Shown here: positions 55,106 to 64,000 of the stretch, piece by piece
How positions within the stretch are numbered: position 1 is the stretch's first letter
Layout of the letters: each line of letters begins with the position of its first letter
Origin: Eubacteriales bacterium
GTDB lineage: Bacteria; Bacillota; Clostridia; Christensenellales; CAG-314
NCBI GenBank assembly: GCA_035446985.1
Contig: DAOTGG010000002.1
Location: 1,925-65,924, forward strand
Length of the DNA stretch: 64,000 nt
Direction: 5' to 3'
Notes under the pieces: generated by a model
Database searches by the model: none
What the model was told of the DNA's origin: nothing
The model's input: only the letters and a program-made list of their open reading frames with translations
Made by a program: the position numbers and the translations under genes

Positions 55106-56463
55106 TTCTTTTCGCTGTCCTTTACTAAAATATAGCCTTCGTTAACGCCGAACACGTTATCTTGTTTTAAAAAATTTATATGAAAATCCGTAATTTTTTC
55201 CCCCGCGACAATGACGGGGCAGCACGGCGGAGTAATGCCCGCGTTTACGGCGGAGATTTCCCCTTTGCTTTCGCTTAGCTTAATTAGCTTAACCTTATCA
55301 TTAAAACACAGCGGTATTATATTGTCAAATCTTGGTATTTCATTGCCGTTAACTACGTTTTTACCGTTTGCGCGTTTTTTATTTTCATTTTCGTTATTCG
55401 GCTCGACTGTTTCGGGTTTCAAATTTTTTAACGCTTTACCGAAGCGGCGCAAAGTTTTTCTTCCGTCCATTAACGTGAGTATCGCCACAAGCCTACTTTT
55501 ATCCGCAAACTCAATAAAAACGTTTTTTTCGTTAAGTTGTTTCTCCGCTTCAAAACCGCTCATATTTTTCCCCGATACATTTAAAACGATACGAGTAAAG
55601 TCGTCCGTGGAGATAGCCGTAATGCCGTCGGGGAGCGCAGTCAAAAACTTTTGAACGTAACTAAATAGCCGTTCGTATCTGTTTTTATTTTTATCCGCAT
55701 ACGCTCTGGCATAATCTATGCTGGCAAGTAATAAGTAGCTCGGGCTTGTCGTGGAAAAGGTATTTAAACTTTCTTTAAGTTTTAATGCCAAAATATCGTC
55801 GTTCGTTAATAATACAGCCGTTTGCGTATATGCTGGCAAGGTTTTGTGAACGGAAATTACCGCAGCGTCGGCATAATAATGAGCGGGGTTCGGCAAATAC
55901 TTTGACAGCCCGAAATGCGCCCCGTGAGCCGAGTCGACAAATACGGTTACTCCCATTTTTTTGGCTTTATGATATATATCGGCTAAATCCAAAACTCTGC
56001 CGTAATAACTCGGACTTGTGAGAATCCACGTTTTGATATCGGGGTTTTCTTTTGTAGCGTTTGTAAGCGCGTCAGCCGTAAGATTATTCGGCAAAAGGAA
56101 CTCGTCATAATCGTTTATGACGTAAGCTCGTTTATTAAAAATTTTTATCGCGTTATATACCGCAATGTGACTGCTTCGCTGCATAAGTATGCTGCCGTTA
56201 GCGTTAGCTACCATAGCAAAAATACCCGCTGTCGAGCCATTTACGATATATATAGCGTGATTTGCGTTCCATTCCGCAGCAAACAAATTTTGCGAATCGG
56301 CAATGACTGAATGCGGACATGTCAAATTGTCCGAAAAAGAAAGTTCGGTCACGTCCAACTTCGCGCTCATTTTTAAACCTTTTCCTTTGTGTCCCGGCAT
56401 ATGCAGGCGCAAAGCGTTTGACCGCGCGTATTTATTCAGCATTTCAACAATAGGCATTTTCAT
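55102..56463 (-). CDS. Orn/Lys/Arg decarboxylase family PLP enzyme (YaaO-like)
   Basis: 453 aa. The PLP-Lys region is SVHKTLPAYTQTA. It occupies the same position as B. subtilis yaaO, upstream of tmk. Confidence 0.8.
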   Translation of the reverse strand: MKMPIVEMLNKYARSNALRLHMPGHKGKGLKMSAKLDVTELSFSDNLTCPHSVIADSQNLFAAEWNANHAIYIVNGSTAGIFAMVANANGSILMQRSSHIAVYNAIKIFNKRAYVINDYDEFLLPNNLTADALTNATKENPDIKTWILTSPSYYGRVLDLADIYHKAKKMGVTVFVDSAHGAHFGLSKYLPNPAHYYADAAVISVHKTLPAYTQTAVLLTNDDILALKLKESLNTFSTTSPSYLLLASIDYARAYADKNKNRYERLFSYVQKFLTALPDGITAISTDDFTRIVLNVSGKNMSGFEAEKQLNEKNVFIEFADKSRLVAILTLMDGRKTLRRFGKALKNLKPETVEPNNENENKKRANGKNVVNGNEIPRFDNIIPLCFNDKVKLIKLSESKGEISAVNAGITPPCCPVIVAGEKITDFHINFLKQDNVFGVNEGYILVKDSEKK

Positions 56464-56550
56464 TCCTTTATTTTAACATAATTTCTTTTTTACTTCAATG
56501 AGTATTCTTTCATATTGACAGCAATTTTTATTTACTCTAAAATGAATTTT

Positions 56551-57393
56551 ATGAAGCGTATACAAAATTATAAAAATAATGTCGTTGTTACCGGCGCGGG
56601 CGGCGGTATGGGAAAAAAGGTTTGCGCCCTTTTAGCGGAAAACGGTTATCACGTTTTTGCTCTCGATATCAATTCGCCGCTATTTCAAAATGAAAACATA
56701 ACGCCGATTAGCTGCGACGTTACCGACGCCGATTCATTACTTACCGCAAAAGAAAAAATCTATGCGTACGGCAGACTCGACGCAATTATTAATCTTGCTG
56801 GCGTGTTTTCAATGGACAGTATCGTATTCGGCGACGAGCAGAAACTGAGAAAAATTTTCGAAGTAAATTTTTGGGGCGTCTATCTCACCAATAAAATTTT
56901 CTTCGATATTTTGGAAAATAACGCCAAAATCATCGTTATGAGCAGCGAGGTCGCCCGTTACAGTCCGCACCCTTTCGACGCATATTATACCTTGCCAAAA
57001 AAATCTCTCGACGCTTACTGCGACGCATTCAGGCGCGAATGTCTTTTTTTGAACGTACGAGTGATAAAAATCCAAGCGGGAAGTTTCGCCACCAATATGA
57101 CCATAAAAGCGGCGAAAGAATTTGAAACGCTAAAAAACAGTTCGCCCGCATTTGACGAAGTTTTAACCGCGTTCGACCGCTTTGTCGGTAAGGAACTAAG
57201 TAAAGGTAAAAAAACCGACGTCATAGCTCAAATGATTTTAAAAATAATGCAGTCCCCTCGCCCGAAAATTTGCTATCGCGTACACAACAGTAGAAAATTA
57301 AAGCTTATCAATATGCTGCCCGAAAAAACGCAGGATCAGCTTTATAAAATAACGGCGAAATTATTCGGTAAGAGCCGCAAAACAAAATCTTAA
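56551..57393 (+). CDS. SDR family oxidoreductase
   Basis: It has VVVTGAGGGMGKKV (TGxxxGxG) and YxxxK (YYTLPKK). The start is set at MKRIQNY. The track's TTG start at 56515 is possible but has no RBS support either. Confidence 0.75.
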   Translation: MKRIQNYKNNVVVTGAGGGMGKKVCALLAENGYHVFALDINSPLFQNENITPISCDVTDADSLLTAKEKIYAYGRLDAIINLAGVFSMDSIVFGDEQKLRKIFEVNFWGVYLTNKIFFDILENNAKIIVMSSEVARYSPHPFDAYYTLPKKSLDAYCDAFRRECLFLNVRVIKIQAGSFATNMTIKAAKEFETLKNSSPAFDEVLTAFDRFVGKELSKGKKTDVIAQMILKIMQSPRPKICYRVHNSRKLKLINMLPEKTQDQLYKITAKLFGKSRKTKS

Positions 57394-57459
57394 TAAAGAC
57401 ATATTTTTTGAGAATAAAATAAATAAAATATAGAAAAGAAAAATTTTCGGAGGAAATAA

Positions 57460-58413
57460 ATGAATCAACTTAAATTGCCAAAAAAATCTATCTCGCCCAT
57501 ATTTATGATAATCTGCGCCACGCTTATTATCATCGCGTCAATAATAATGTCTTTTTTATTTACGCGTATTTTAGCGGTATCCAGCGCGTTTTACGTTTAC
57601 GGAGCAGTCCTTCTTATCGTGCTTACCGCAACGCTTGCAAAAAGAGAAGCAAAAGTCCTTTACGCACCTTTGGCTATATTCGCTTTCCCTTTAATCAACA
57701 GCTGGACTTTTGGAATAATATCGCTTTATTACATAGTCGGCTATCTGGCGGTTGCCGCGCTTACGGTTCTTACCGTTAATAAAATAATAAAAAGCAAATT
57801 ACCTGCAATCATTACTTTTTCCGCTCTCGCTTTGGGATCTGTCGCATTAGTAACTATACTCAGCTTCACGGTGTTGTACGGATTTTTTATAAGAAGTCTT
57901 TTCTTTATTTGTTGGGAAATCACTTTTGTCGCTTTTTGCGGCGCGTTCCTTGCGTTTATTCTAGGTCTTAGCGATAATCCCGAAAAAAAATATTACGAAA
58001 ACGCAAATACTTTGAAAGTTATGAGCGTTGCAAAGCGTGTGGTTTTGACGATTGTGACTTTGGGTATATATTCTTTTATTTGGGTGTACGATGTTTGCCA
58101 GTCGCTTAAATATCTCAAAAAAGACGATACGGATTTTGTCGGCGAATATTTGAGCCTGTGCTTCGTGCCGTTTTACGGTTTTTATTGGATGTTTGTCAAA
58201 AACAATCATTTCTTTGAAAATATTTGCGCGAAAAATAATAAAGGCGACGATTACAAAATTCTTTATTCTGTCTTGTTTTTATTACAGCTCAGCTGGCTAT
58301 GCTACGCGTTAATCCAAAACGACGTTAACCGTGTCGGCGAAACGCTGTTGCCCGTTACAGAAACGAAAAAAGAAAAACCGCCCAAAGAAGAAAAACAGTC
58401 TGAGGATGAGTAG
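57460..58413 (+). CDS. Multi-TM membrane protein with C-terminal DUF4234-like segment
   Basis: 317 aa. The RBS is GGAGG. VVLTIVTLGIYSFIWVY resembles the DUF4234 core. The tail is acidic and Lys-rich. Confidence 0.5.
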   Translation: MNQLKLPKKSISPIFMIICATLIIIASIIMSFLFTRILAVSSAFYVYGAVLLIVLTATLAKREAKVLYAPLAIFAFPLINSWTFGIISLYYIVGYLAVAALTVLTVNKIIKSKLPAIITFSALALGSVALVTILSFTVLYGFFIRSLFFICWEITFVAFCGAFLAFILGLSDNPEKKYYENANTLKVMSVAKRVVLTIVTLGIYSFIWVYDVCQSLKYLKKDDTDFVGEYLSLCFVPFYGFYWMFVKNNHFFENICAKNNKGDDYKILYSVLFLLQLSWLCYALIQNDVNRVGETLLPVTETKKEKPPKEEKQSEDE

Positions 58414-58626
58414 TCATTAGCTATTTTATTTTTAGAAAATAAACGATTCAAGTGGTCAAACGAAAAATGCTTTCTTGTCTTAAATTATAGATTTTTATTA
58501 ATAACTAGATAATTTAAAATTCGGTAAAAGTCAAAAAATTTTAAAAAAAACTAAATAATTTAAAAATTCAAAAAAATAAAAAAAACGCCGCTTACATTAA
58601 AAGCGGCGTTTCACTTAATAAGTAAA

Positions 58627-59499
58627 TTATATTTTGGAATTTATTAGTTCGCAATACGCTTGCGCTACGTTTTTACCCGTCACCCTTTCAATACCTCTGA
58701 AAAAGGCGTTGCTGTTTACTTCGCATAATACTGGTTCGCCGTTAAATCCGCGAAGTAAATCTATTCCGCAGTATTCCAGATTTAACATATTAGCGGCTTT
58801 TTCGGCGCATTCGCGGTAATCATCGGACAATTCGCATATTTCACCGCTGCCGCCTAACTCTATGTTAGACCGAAAATCCGCCGTGTTAAAACGTTTGAAC
58901 CACGCGAACGCTTTGCCCCCGATAACGATAACTCGGGTGTCAAAACCGTAACTGCTGCCGATAAACTGCTGATAAAGATGTTTGCGGTCTATCATACTCT
59001 TTCTTACGTCGATTAACTGTTCTACCGATTCGATCAGATGCACTTGTTTGCCGAAAGAACCGTAACATTCTTTCACCACCATAGGCAGCCCGAGTTTGCC
59101 AAGAACGTAAGAAATAAATTCGTGGTCGTCTATTTTCAAATTGTAACAAAGCGGCGAAGGAACGGTGATAGGCATATTGATGCCACTTTTTGTCAGGGCG
59201 ATATAGGTATCCATTTTGTCGTCGGAAACGGCTATGCTTCTTGCGGTATTAAAGAGCTTATATCCGTATTTTTCCAAAAGCGTAGCGATATGTATATCTT
59301 TATCTAAATACAAAATAAAATCCGCTTCGGGAAGATTGGAGATGATAGAGCCGTTTTCTTCAATATAAACCGAGCCAATATTGCGTATTGACTGCGTTTT
59401 GATACCGAGTTTGGAAAACTCTTCCATAAAGCGGCTAACCTGATATTCCTGCCCTTCCGAAGAAGCGAAAGCGTTAAGAATTATGATACCTTTTTTCAT
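58627..59499 (-). CDS. ATP-grasp family ligase (RimK-like)
   Basis: The start was moved to MKKGIIILNAF. It has the ATP-grasp blocks PMVVKECYGSFGKQVHLI, EYCGIDLL and LCEVNSNA. Confidence 0.7.
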   Translation of the reverse strand: MKKGIIILNAFASSEGQEYQVSRFMEEFSKLGIKTQSIRNIGSVYIEENGSIISNLPEADFILYLDKDIHIATLLEKYGYKLFNTARSIAVSDDKMDTYIALTKSGINMPITVPSPLCYNLKIDDHEFISYVLGKLGLPMVVKECYGSFGKQVHLIESVEQLIDVRKSMIDRKHLYQQFIGSSYGFDTRVIVIGGKAFAWFKRFNTADFRSNIELGGSGEICELSDDYRECAEKAANMLNLEYCGIDLLRGFNGEPVLCEVNSNAFFRGIERVTGKNVAQAYCELINSKI

Positions 59500-59594
59500 A
59501 AAAATAAGTATATCATGTTTTAAAAAAAACACAATCAAATTGACAATACGCTTTACAACAAAAATTTTTTATGATATATTTTACCTAACCTTAC

Positions 59595-59670
59595 GGACGA
59601 TTAACTCAGCTGGGAGAGTGTCTTCTTGACGTGGAGAAAGTCACAGGTTCGAGTCCTGTATCGTCCACCA
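59595..59670 (+). tRNA. tRNA-Val (anticodon GAC), CCA encoded
   Basis: Folded by hand. Acceptor GGACGAT/ATCGTCC, D stem ACTC/GAGT, anticodon stem TCTTC/GGAGA with loop TTGACGT, T stem ACAGG/CCTGT with TTCGAGT loop, then discriminator A plus CCA. Length 76 nt. Confidence 0.9.
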
Positions 59671-59729
59671 AATATCCCGACCAAACGCAAAATCTATGCT
59701 TCGCTTGATTTTGGTCGGACTTAATAAGG

Positions 59730-59760
59730 AACTCCGCTATAAAAGCGGAGTTAATTTTAA
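59730..59760 (+). terminator. Hairpin terminator downstream of tRNA-Val (possibly bidirectional)
   Basis: AACUCCGCUAUAAAAGCGGAGUU followed by AAUUUUAAUUU. Confidence 0.5.
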
Positions 59761-59771
59761 TTTAAGAGCAA

Positions 59772-60908
59772 TTATAAATTTGTTTGTATTATTTCTGCTA
59801 TTTTCTTTGATTGTTCAATATATTCATTCATAATATTTACTATTTCATCTACCAGTTCTGATATCTGTCGTTTTTCAAAATCAAATTCATTGAATATCTT
59901 TCTTTGAAGTACATACCACTGCATACTAACTATTTCCTTAATTTCATAGCCTTTATCTTGCAATTTTTTTATCATTTTTTTAAACCAAGAATCATCTTCC
60001 CTTAAATCCCATTCGCTATTTATGTATCCTTTTATGGTTATTTGACATTCAATGTCATAAAGAGAATTATTGTTATATTTGACTTCTGAATATAAATAAA
60101 ATCTTCTATCTTGCCACCAATCATTAGAATAGATTCTATAAGTATTTCCGTCATCTGCGATTTGCCATTTCAATGATTTGTTTTGTGATTCATCTATTTC
60201 AGCTTTTACCAAACTTTTTATCTGATCCATAATATTTTCATAAGAATTTTGCGCTTCGGTAATTTTGTCTATGTTATTTAAATATAATAAGTCGCTTTCT
60301 GATATTTTTATTTCTTTCATTAGATATCTCCTGCAATGTTCAATAAAATCTTTTGCGATAATATTGTAATTTTCATTTTTGCCATTTTCCGTAGTTTTTA
60401 AGATTTCGATAATGTCATCGTATGTAACGATATCGAAATTTTCATTTATTGGCTTTATGCGATTATAATGAGGTTTTAGAAAAACATATTTTTTTAAATC
60501 ATATTTAGCATAATATTTTTCGCAAAAATCATAATAATAATCTGTTTGATTATCGTGTTCAAATGAATTTATTTTATTTTCAATCGTGATTACAAACTTT
60601 CCAACAACTTCAATTAAAATATCAATGCGTTTCCCATAAGCATATTTTTCCAAATAAATTTTAACCTTATCATTACTTCCAACTCTTTGATTAACATTGA
60701 TTTTTTCAAGAAATTCATTTAGGAATATCGGATCATCTCCATTTGACTTTGGATTAAATAAATATGCTAAAATTCTTGATACAAAAAGTTCTTCATACGG
60801 CTTTCTTATGATATCCAGAACAGTTGCATATTTTGAGTCTTCTACTAGCTCATTGCTTGCATTTATATAATCTTTAAAGGTCTTTTCATTTTCTTTGTTT
60901 TCTATCAT
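59772..60908 (-). CDS. PD-(D/E)XK nuclease superfamily protein
   Basis: 378 aa. The N-terminal FVSRILAYLFNPKSNGDDPIFLNEFL block is followed by GKRIDILIEV..FVITIENKI (a D...ExK core), typical of stand-alone PD-(D/E)XK family proteins. The gene is conspicuously AT-rich relative to both flanks. Confidence 0.65.
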   Translation of the reverse strand: MIENKENEKTFKDYINASNELVEDSKYATVLDIIRKPYEELFVSRILAYLFNPKSNGDDPIFLNEFLEKINVNQRVGSNDKVKIYLEKYAYGKRIDILIEVVGKFVITIENKINSFEHDNQTDYYYDFCEKYYAKYDLKKYVFLKPHYNRIKPINENFDIVTYDDIIEILKTTENGKNENYNIIAKDFIEHCRRYLMKEIKISESDLLYLNNIDKITEAQNSYENIMDQIKSLVKAEIDESQNKSLKWQIADDGNTYRIYSNDWWQDRRFYLYSEVKYNNNSLYDIECQITIKGYINSEWDLREDDSWFKKMIKKLQDKGYEIKEIVSMQWYVLQRKIFNEFDFEKRQISELVDEIVNIMNEYIEQSKKIAEIIQTNL

Positions 60909-60925
60909 AAACTACCTATTAATTT

Positions 60926-61630
60926 TTATTTACACGTTATATGCAATATATCGGACATGCTGTCGTACTTGTTTAACGTGCCGTCGGAGATAAGGTACAC
61001 CACGTCCGCGCTGTTCATAACGGTAATATCGTGAGTTACCACGATAACGCATTTGTTTTTTTCGTGAGCGAGCTTTGTCAGCAGCGTAATAATATTATTA
61101 CTGTTTTCGCTGTCAAGGTTGCCCGTCGGCTCGTCCGCAAGTAGTAGCCGTCTATCCATAGTCAAAGCTCTTGCCACAGCCACACGCTGCTGTTCGCCGC
61201 CGCTTATTTTGCCGGGATAACGGTCAAGCAGATTTTCGGGCAACGACACTAATTTCGCAAGCTCTTTTGCATCGGCTATCGCTTTTTCTTTTTCCACATG
61301 GCATAGCTCCATAGGATACATTATATTTTCCAAAGCGGTGAGTAGCTGGAACAGACAAAAATCCTGATAAACGATGGAAACGCTTTTTTTACGGTAATCA
61401 TCCAAATTGAGTTTGTCGGTCGATTCGCCTTCAAAAATTACATCTCCCTTATTTGGTAAATCCAATCCCGCCATAAGCGAAAGCAGAGTGCTTTTACCGC
61501 TTCCCGATTTTCCTATTATCGCATAAAATTTGCCTTGTTCAAAACTGCAGTTTACGTTATTCAAAACGTTCTTTTTTTCGCCGCTTCCTTCATAACTGTA
61601 ACAAACGTTGTTTAATTTTAATATAGCCAT
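60926..61630 (-). CDS. ABC transporter ATP-binding protein (MacB/LolD-like)
   Basis: 234 aa. Walker A is [11 protein letters not shown], the signature [15 protein letters not shown], and Walker [13 protein letters not shown]. Confidence 0.9.
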   Translation of the reverse strand: MAILKLNNVCYSYEGSGEKKNVLNNVNCSFEQGKFYAIIGKSGSGKSTLLSLMAGLDLPNKGDVIFEGESTDKLNLDDYRKKSVSIVYQDFCLFQLLTALENIMYPMELCHVEKEKAIADAKELAKLVSLPENLLDRYPGKISGGEQQRVAVARALTMDRRLLLADEPTGNLDSENSNNIITLLTKLAHEKNKCVIVVTHDITVMNSADVVYLISDGTLNKYDSMSDILHITCK

Positions 61631-61639
61631 GATTTCCTC

Positions 61640-64000
61640 CTACTCTTCCGCTTTTAATATCGATCTGACCGAACACTTGTTTATTTGTTTTATTGATATC
61701 GCAGTTCCCCCAAGCCAGCACCCCACGAAAGCAACCGCCAGTATCAAACCTAACCACGTGATTGTTTTCATAACGAGTAAATATCCTAATACTCCCAACG
61801 CGGCTCCTATAAAACTCAATATCAGATGCTCGTAAAAAATGCTCCTGAACGATTCTTTGGGGTTCGCTCCCTGCCCTCGCATCATAGCGATTTCGCGTTT
61901 GCGCATTTGTATCAATATATAAGGCGCAAATCCGCCGATAAGTTCCAGCAGCAGATAAATCACGGGGAAAGTATTGTTCATATACCATATACGCTGAGAT
62001 ATCGCGCTGGTCATATTTAAAAACGTTTTGTCCTCAATGGTGACAAAAATTCTCATATCATGGATTCTGTTTACTTCCGAATACCCTCTATTGGAAAGAA
62101 ACGCTTTAAAATCCGATAACACCGCGCCGCTGGTCAACTTAAAACTAACGCTGTTAAATACGTATGGATACAGATAACTTGTGTGTGTATTTTCTATTAG
62201 TGAAGCCGGGGATATATAACGCGCAAGCTGGCAATAAATTTGATCCTTTGAGCCCGGTTTGACATAACTTCCCACTACCAAAAAATCGTCAAAGAAAAAA
62301 TCTCCTTCATAGATAATAAGCCGAATAGTATCGCCAAGCTCCACTCCGTTTTCTTCCATAAAATCTGTGGAAACCATACAATACGGCTGTTCGCCCAATT
62401 CCTGTTTCAAAAACGACGAATCGTATCCGTCTAAAAACTCAGTAACGATAGAAGAGCTGTAATAAAATTCAGGCAGCTTTTCGAGACTGTTTGTGTAGAT
62501 TACCCGCGCGTTTGCGGTAACTTTGTCCACAAAGGTTTCATACGCAAATCCTGTCGGTATTCTAAATTCGGGCAATTCTATCGGTACTCCGTTTTTCGCC
62601 GACGTACCTATATATAAATAAGGTTGATATTTGGAAACGTTAAGCTCTTCAATCATACCCGTCTGATACAATTCGTTAAGAAGCGAACCGCGTATCAATA
62701 GCTCGTTCATTTTTGTTCCGTTAATATCTGTATAATATCCGCCTATTTCCGCGCTCTCGTTCATTTCAACAAGTTTTTGCGTATAAGACTGCGTGGTAAA
62801 AGAAAGCTGGAACATCAATACGACCGCGCAAATCGCTACTATTATCGGTATTAAAGAACGGAAGTTGCCTCTTATAATGGAAAGCCAAGCGTATTTAAGC
62901 GGACCGCCGTTAAGCGCATGCGAGCGGGCTTTGCCGAAAACGTTTGTTTTGCGATGATGTTTATGCGTGTTTACGCTTACCAGACCGAAGATAAAACAAG
63001 AAATCATCGACGCCACAAAAACGCTTGCCGCGGTAAGAGCGAATACGCCGAAGCTTATGTTTGACGTAAACTGTATAGCCTTTACCATTGACAAACTGCC
63101 GTTGCTGTACATAAGGTCATAAGAAGCATAGCTCTGCACAACGCTTTCCAATATTTTTATCATAACGCCCGATAACGCCGCGCTGATTAAAACGCCTATG
63201 ATGCAGGCCGCCAAAGCGATGCACCCCGCGCCGAATAGGAAATATATGAAAATATTTTTCGTTTCAACGCCGAGTCTGCGCATTGTTTTTGCGGAGTCGC
63301 GCTGTCTGTAAATAAATAAAAATCCGAATAACGCCGCGATAGCGATGCCTACAACTGCGCTCGCGCAAGTTACTATTATCGCTATACGCATAACGTCGTT
63401 GAGCGGCTGCGTCACGTCGGTGTAGCCTTGGTCGTATACCGTCATTCTTACTCTGTCGGGCAAAAGCGGCGTAATATCGTCGATAAATTGATTTGCGCTT
63501 TTATTATCAATGGTGGCTTGTCCAAGCACGAACGAAAGATGAGCGTCAGCCAAATTCAAATCGTCGGTTTTTGGAATATAGAGCGAATTTTTATATTCGG
63601 TTTTGGTATTTGTTAATCCTACAACGGTATATTCTATCGATTCCTTAAAGCCTTGCGGAGCCCAATAGCTTTCCCGTTTTGCCGTTTCGCTTTCATACGC
63701 AAAGTTTATAACGAATTTATCGCCTAGTTTTAAATTCAGATAAGTAGCCAAATATTCGGGCATAACGCAGACTTTTGCGCCGCTAGTATATTCTTCTTCA
63801 GTAAAATATCTGCCTTCGGTCAAATACAACGAAGTCTGCTGAAATGGAAACAATGCTTCTATATCGTTAGTCGCTTGGACTGTGTAACACTTATTGATAA
63901 CGCGGTATGTTTCCGCTATATCGTAAAAATAACTGTCATTCGGTATGGTATAGCCGCCTTCCTCGTTGGTTACGTCTATAATCATATTTTCAATAGATCC
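61640..64000 (-). CDS. FtsX-family ABC permease (large, two FtsX modules); N-terminus beyond window end
   Basis: The reading frame stays open to base 64000 upstream of the first Met. It has large extracytoplasmic domains and two clusters of 3-4 TM helices, typical of MacB/FtsX-type permeases. It is adjacent to the ATPase. Confidence 0.8.
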   Translation of the reverse strand, partial: GSIENMIIDVTNEEGGYTIPNDSYFYDIAETYRVINKCYTVQATNDIEALFPFQQTSLYLTEGRYFTEEEYTSGAKVCVMPEYLATYLNLKLGDKFVINFAYESETAKRESYWAPQGFKESIEYTVVGLTNTKTEYKNSLYIPKTDDLNLADAHLSFVLGQATIDNKSANQFIDDITPLLPDRVRMTVYDQGYTDVTQPLNDVMRIAIIVTCASAVVGIAIAALFGFLFIYRQRDSAKTMRRLGVETKNIFIYFLFGAGCIALAACIIGVLISAALSGVMIKILESVVQSYASYDLMYSNGSLSMVKAIQFTSNISFGVFALTAASVFVASMISCFIFGLVSVNTHKHHRKTNVFGKARSHALNGGPLKYAWLSIIRGNFRSLIPIIVAICAVVLMFQLSFTTQSYTQKLVEMNESAEIGGYYTDINGTKMNELLIRGSLLNELYQTGMIEELNVSKYQPYLYIGTSAKNGVPIELPEFRIPTGFAYETFVDKVTANARVIYTNSLEKLPEFYYSSSIVTEFLDGYDSSFLKQELGEQPYCMVSTDFMEENGVELGDTIRLIIYEGDFFFDDFLVVGSYVKPGSKDQIYCQLARYISPASLIENTHTSYLYPYVFNSVSFKLTSGAVLSDFKAFLSNRGYSEVNRIHDMRIFVTIEDKTFLNMTSAISQRIWYMNNTFPVIYLLLELIGGFAPYILIQMRKREIAMMRGQGANPKESFRSIFYEHLILSFIGAALGVLGYLLVMKTITWLGLILAVAFVGCWLGGTAISIKQINKCSVRSILKAEE

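Noticed and set aside
61590-61988. 132-aa minus-strand ORF overlapping the junction of the ABC ATPase and FtsX permease genes
   Set aside because: It is out of frame with, and fully overlaps, two well-supported genes. No motif was recognised.
1-64000. Search for CRISPR arrays, IS elements or transposases, integrases, prophage modules, toxin-antitoxin pairs, reverse transcriptases and rRNA genes
   Set aside because: None were seen. The only sizeable repeats are the lipoprotein tandem array and the short mgtC-upstream duplication. No recombinase-like ORF appears in the track or in my reading of the intergenic regions.

Overview
The window looks like a chromosomal segment of a low-GC, spore-forming Firmicute (Clostridia-like). 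It carries yabP-yabQ-divIC, ricT/yaaT, several small ferredoxins, ECF-type S components, and a Bacillus-like yaaO-tmk-holB-ricT-trmN6-rsmI block. Most genes are housekeeping: ku-ligD NHEJ, mgsA, pepF, galU/galE, an EF-G paralog, cysS, serS, uvrA/uvrB, coaX, tmk and holB. I saw no CRISPR array, transposase, integrase or rRNA. One tRNA-Val(GAC) is present. Three things missing from the ORF track were recovered by reading the sequence: a partial ligD at the left edge, a 57-aa 2x[4Fe-4S] ferredoxin, and several RNA elements. The RNA elements are two tandem c-di-GMP-I (GEMM-I) riboswitches, one THF riboswitch, and a candidate promoter-to-terminator small RNA. The most interesting locus is 1927-6600 on the minus strand. 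A sigma-A-type promoter is followed by two c-di-GMP aptamers, each with its own intrinsic terminator. These precede five genes: two secreted proteins with SipW-cognate-like signal peptides (TasA/camelysin-like), an ER/archaeal-type signal peptidase (SipW-like), an ABC-ATPase-fold protein with degenerate nucleotide-binding motifs, and an ABC-2-like permease fused to a signal-peptidase-like domain whose catalytic residues are substituted. A Cache-PAS-GGDEF diguanylate cyclase lies 2 kb away. Other accessory-looking loci are a tandem triplication of a lipoprotein family with 100% identical junction repeats (28010-30642), an AT-rich PD-(D/E)XK nuclease gene next to the tRNA, a Cys/Gly-rich small membrane peptide, and a YcxB-like paralog pair in which one copy is frameshifted in a T-run. 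All functional calls rest on motif recognition by eye. No database search was possible.
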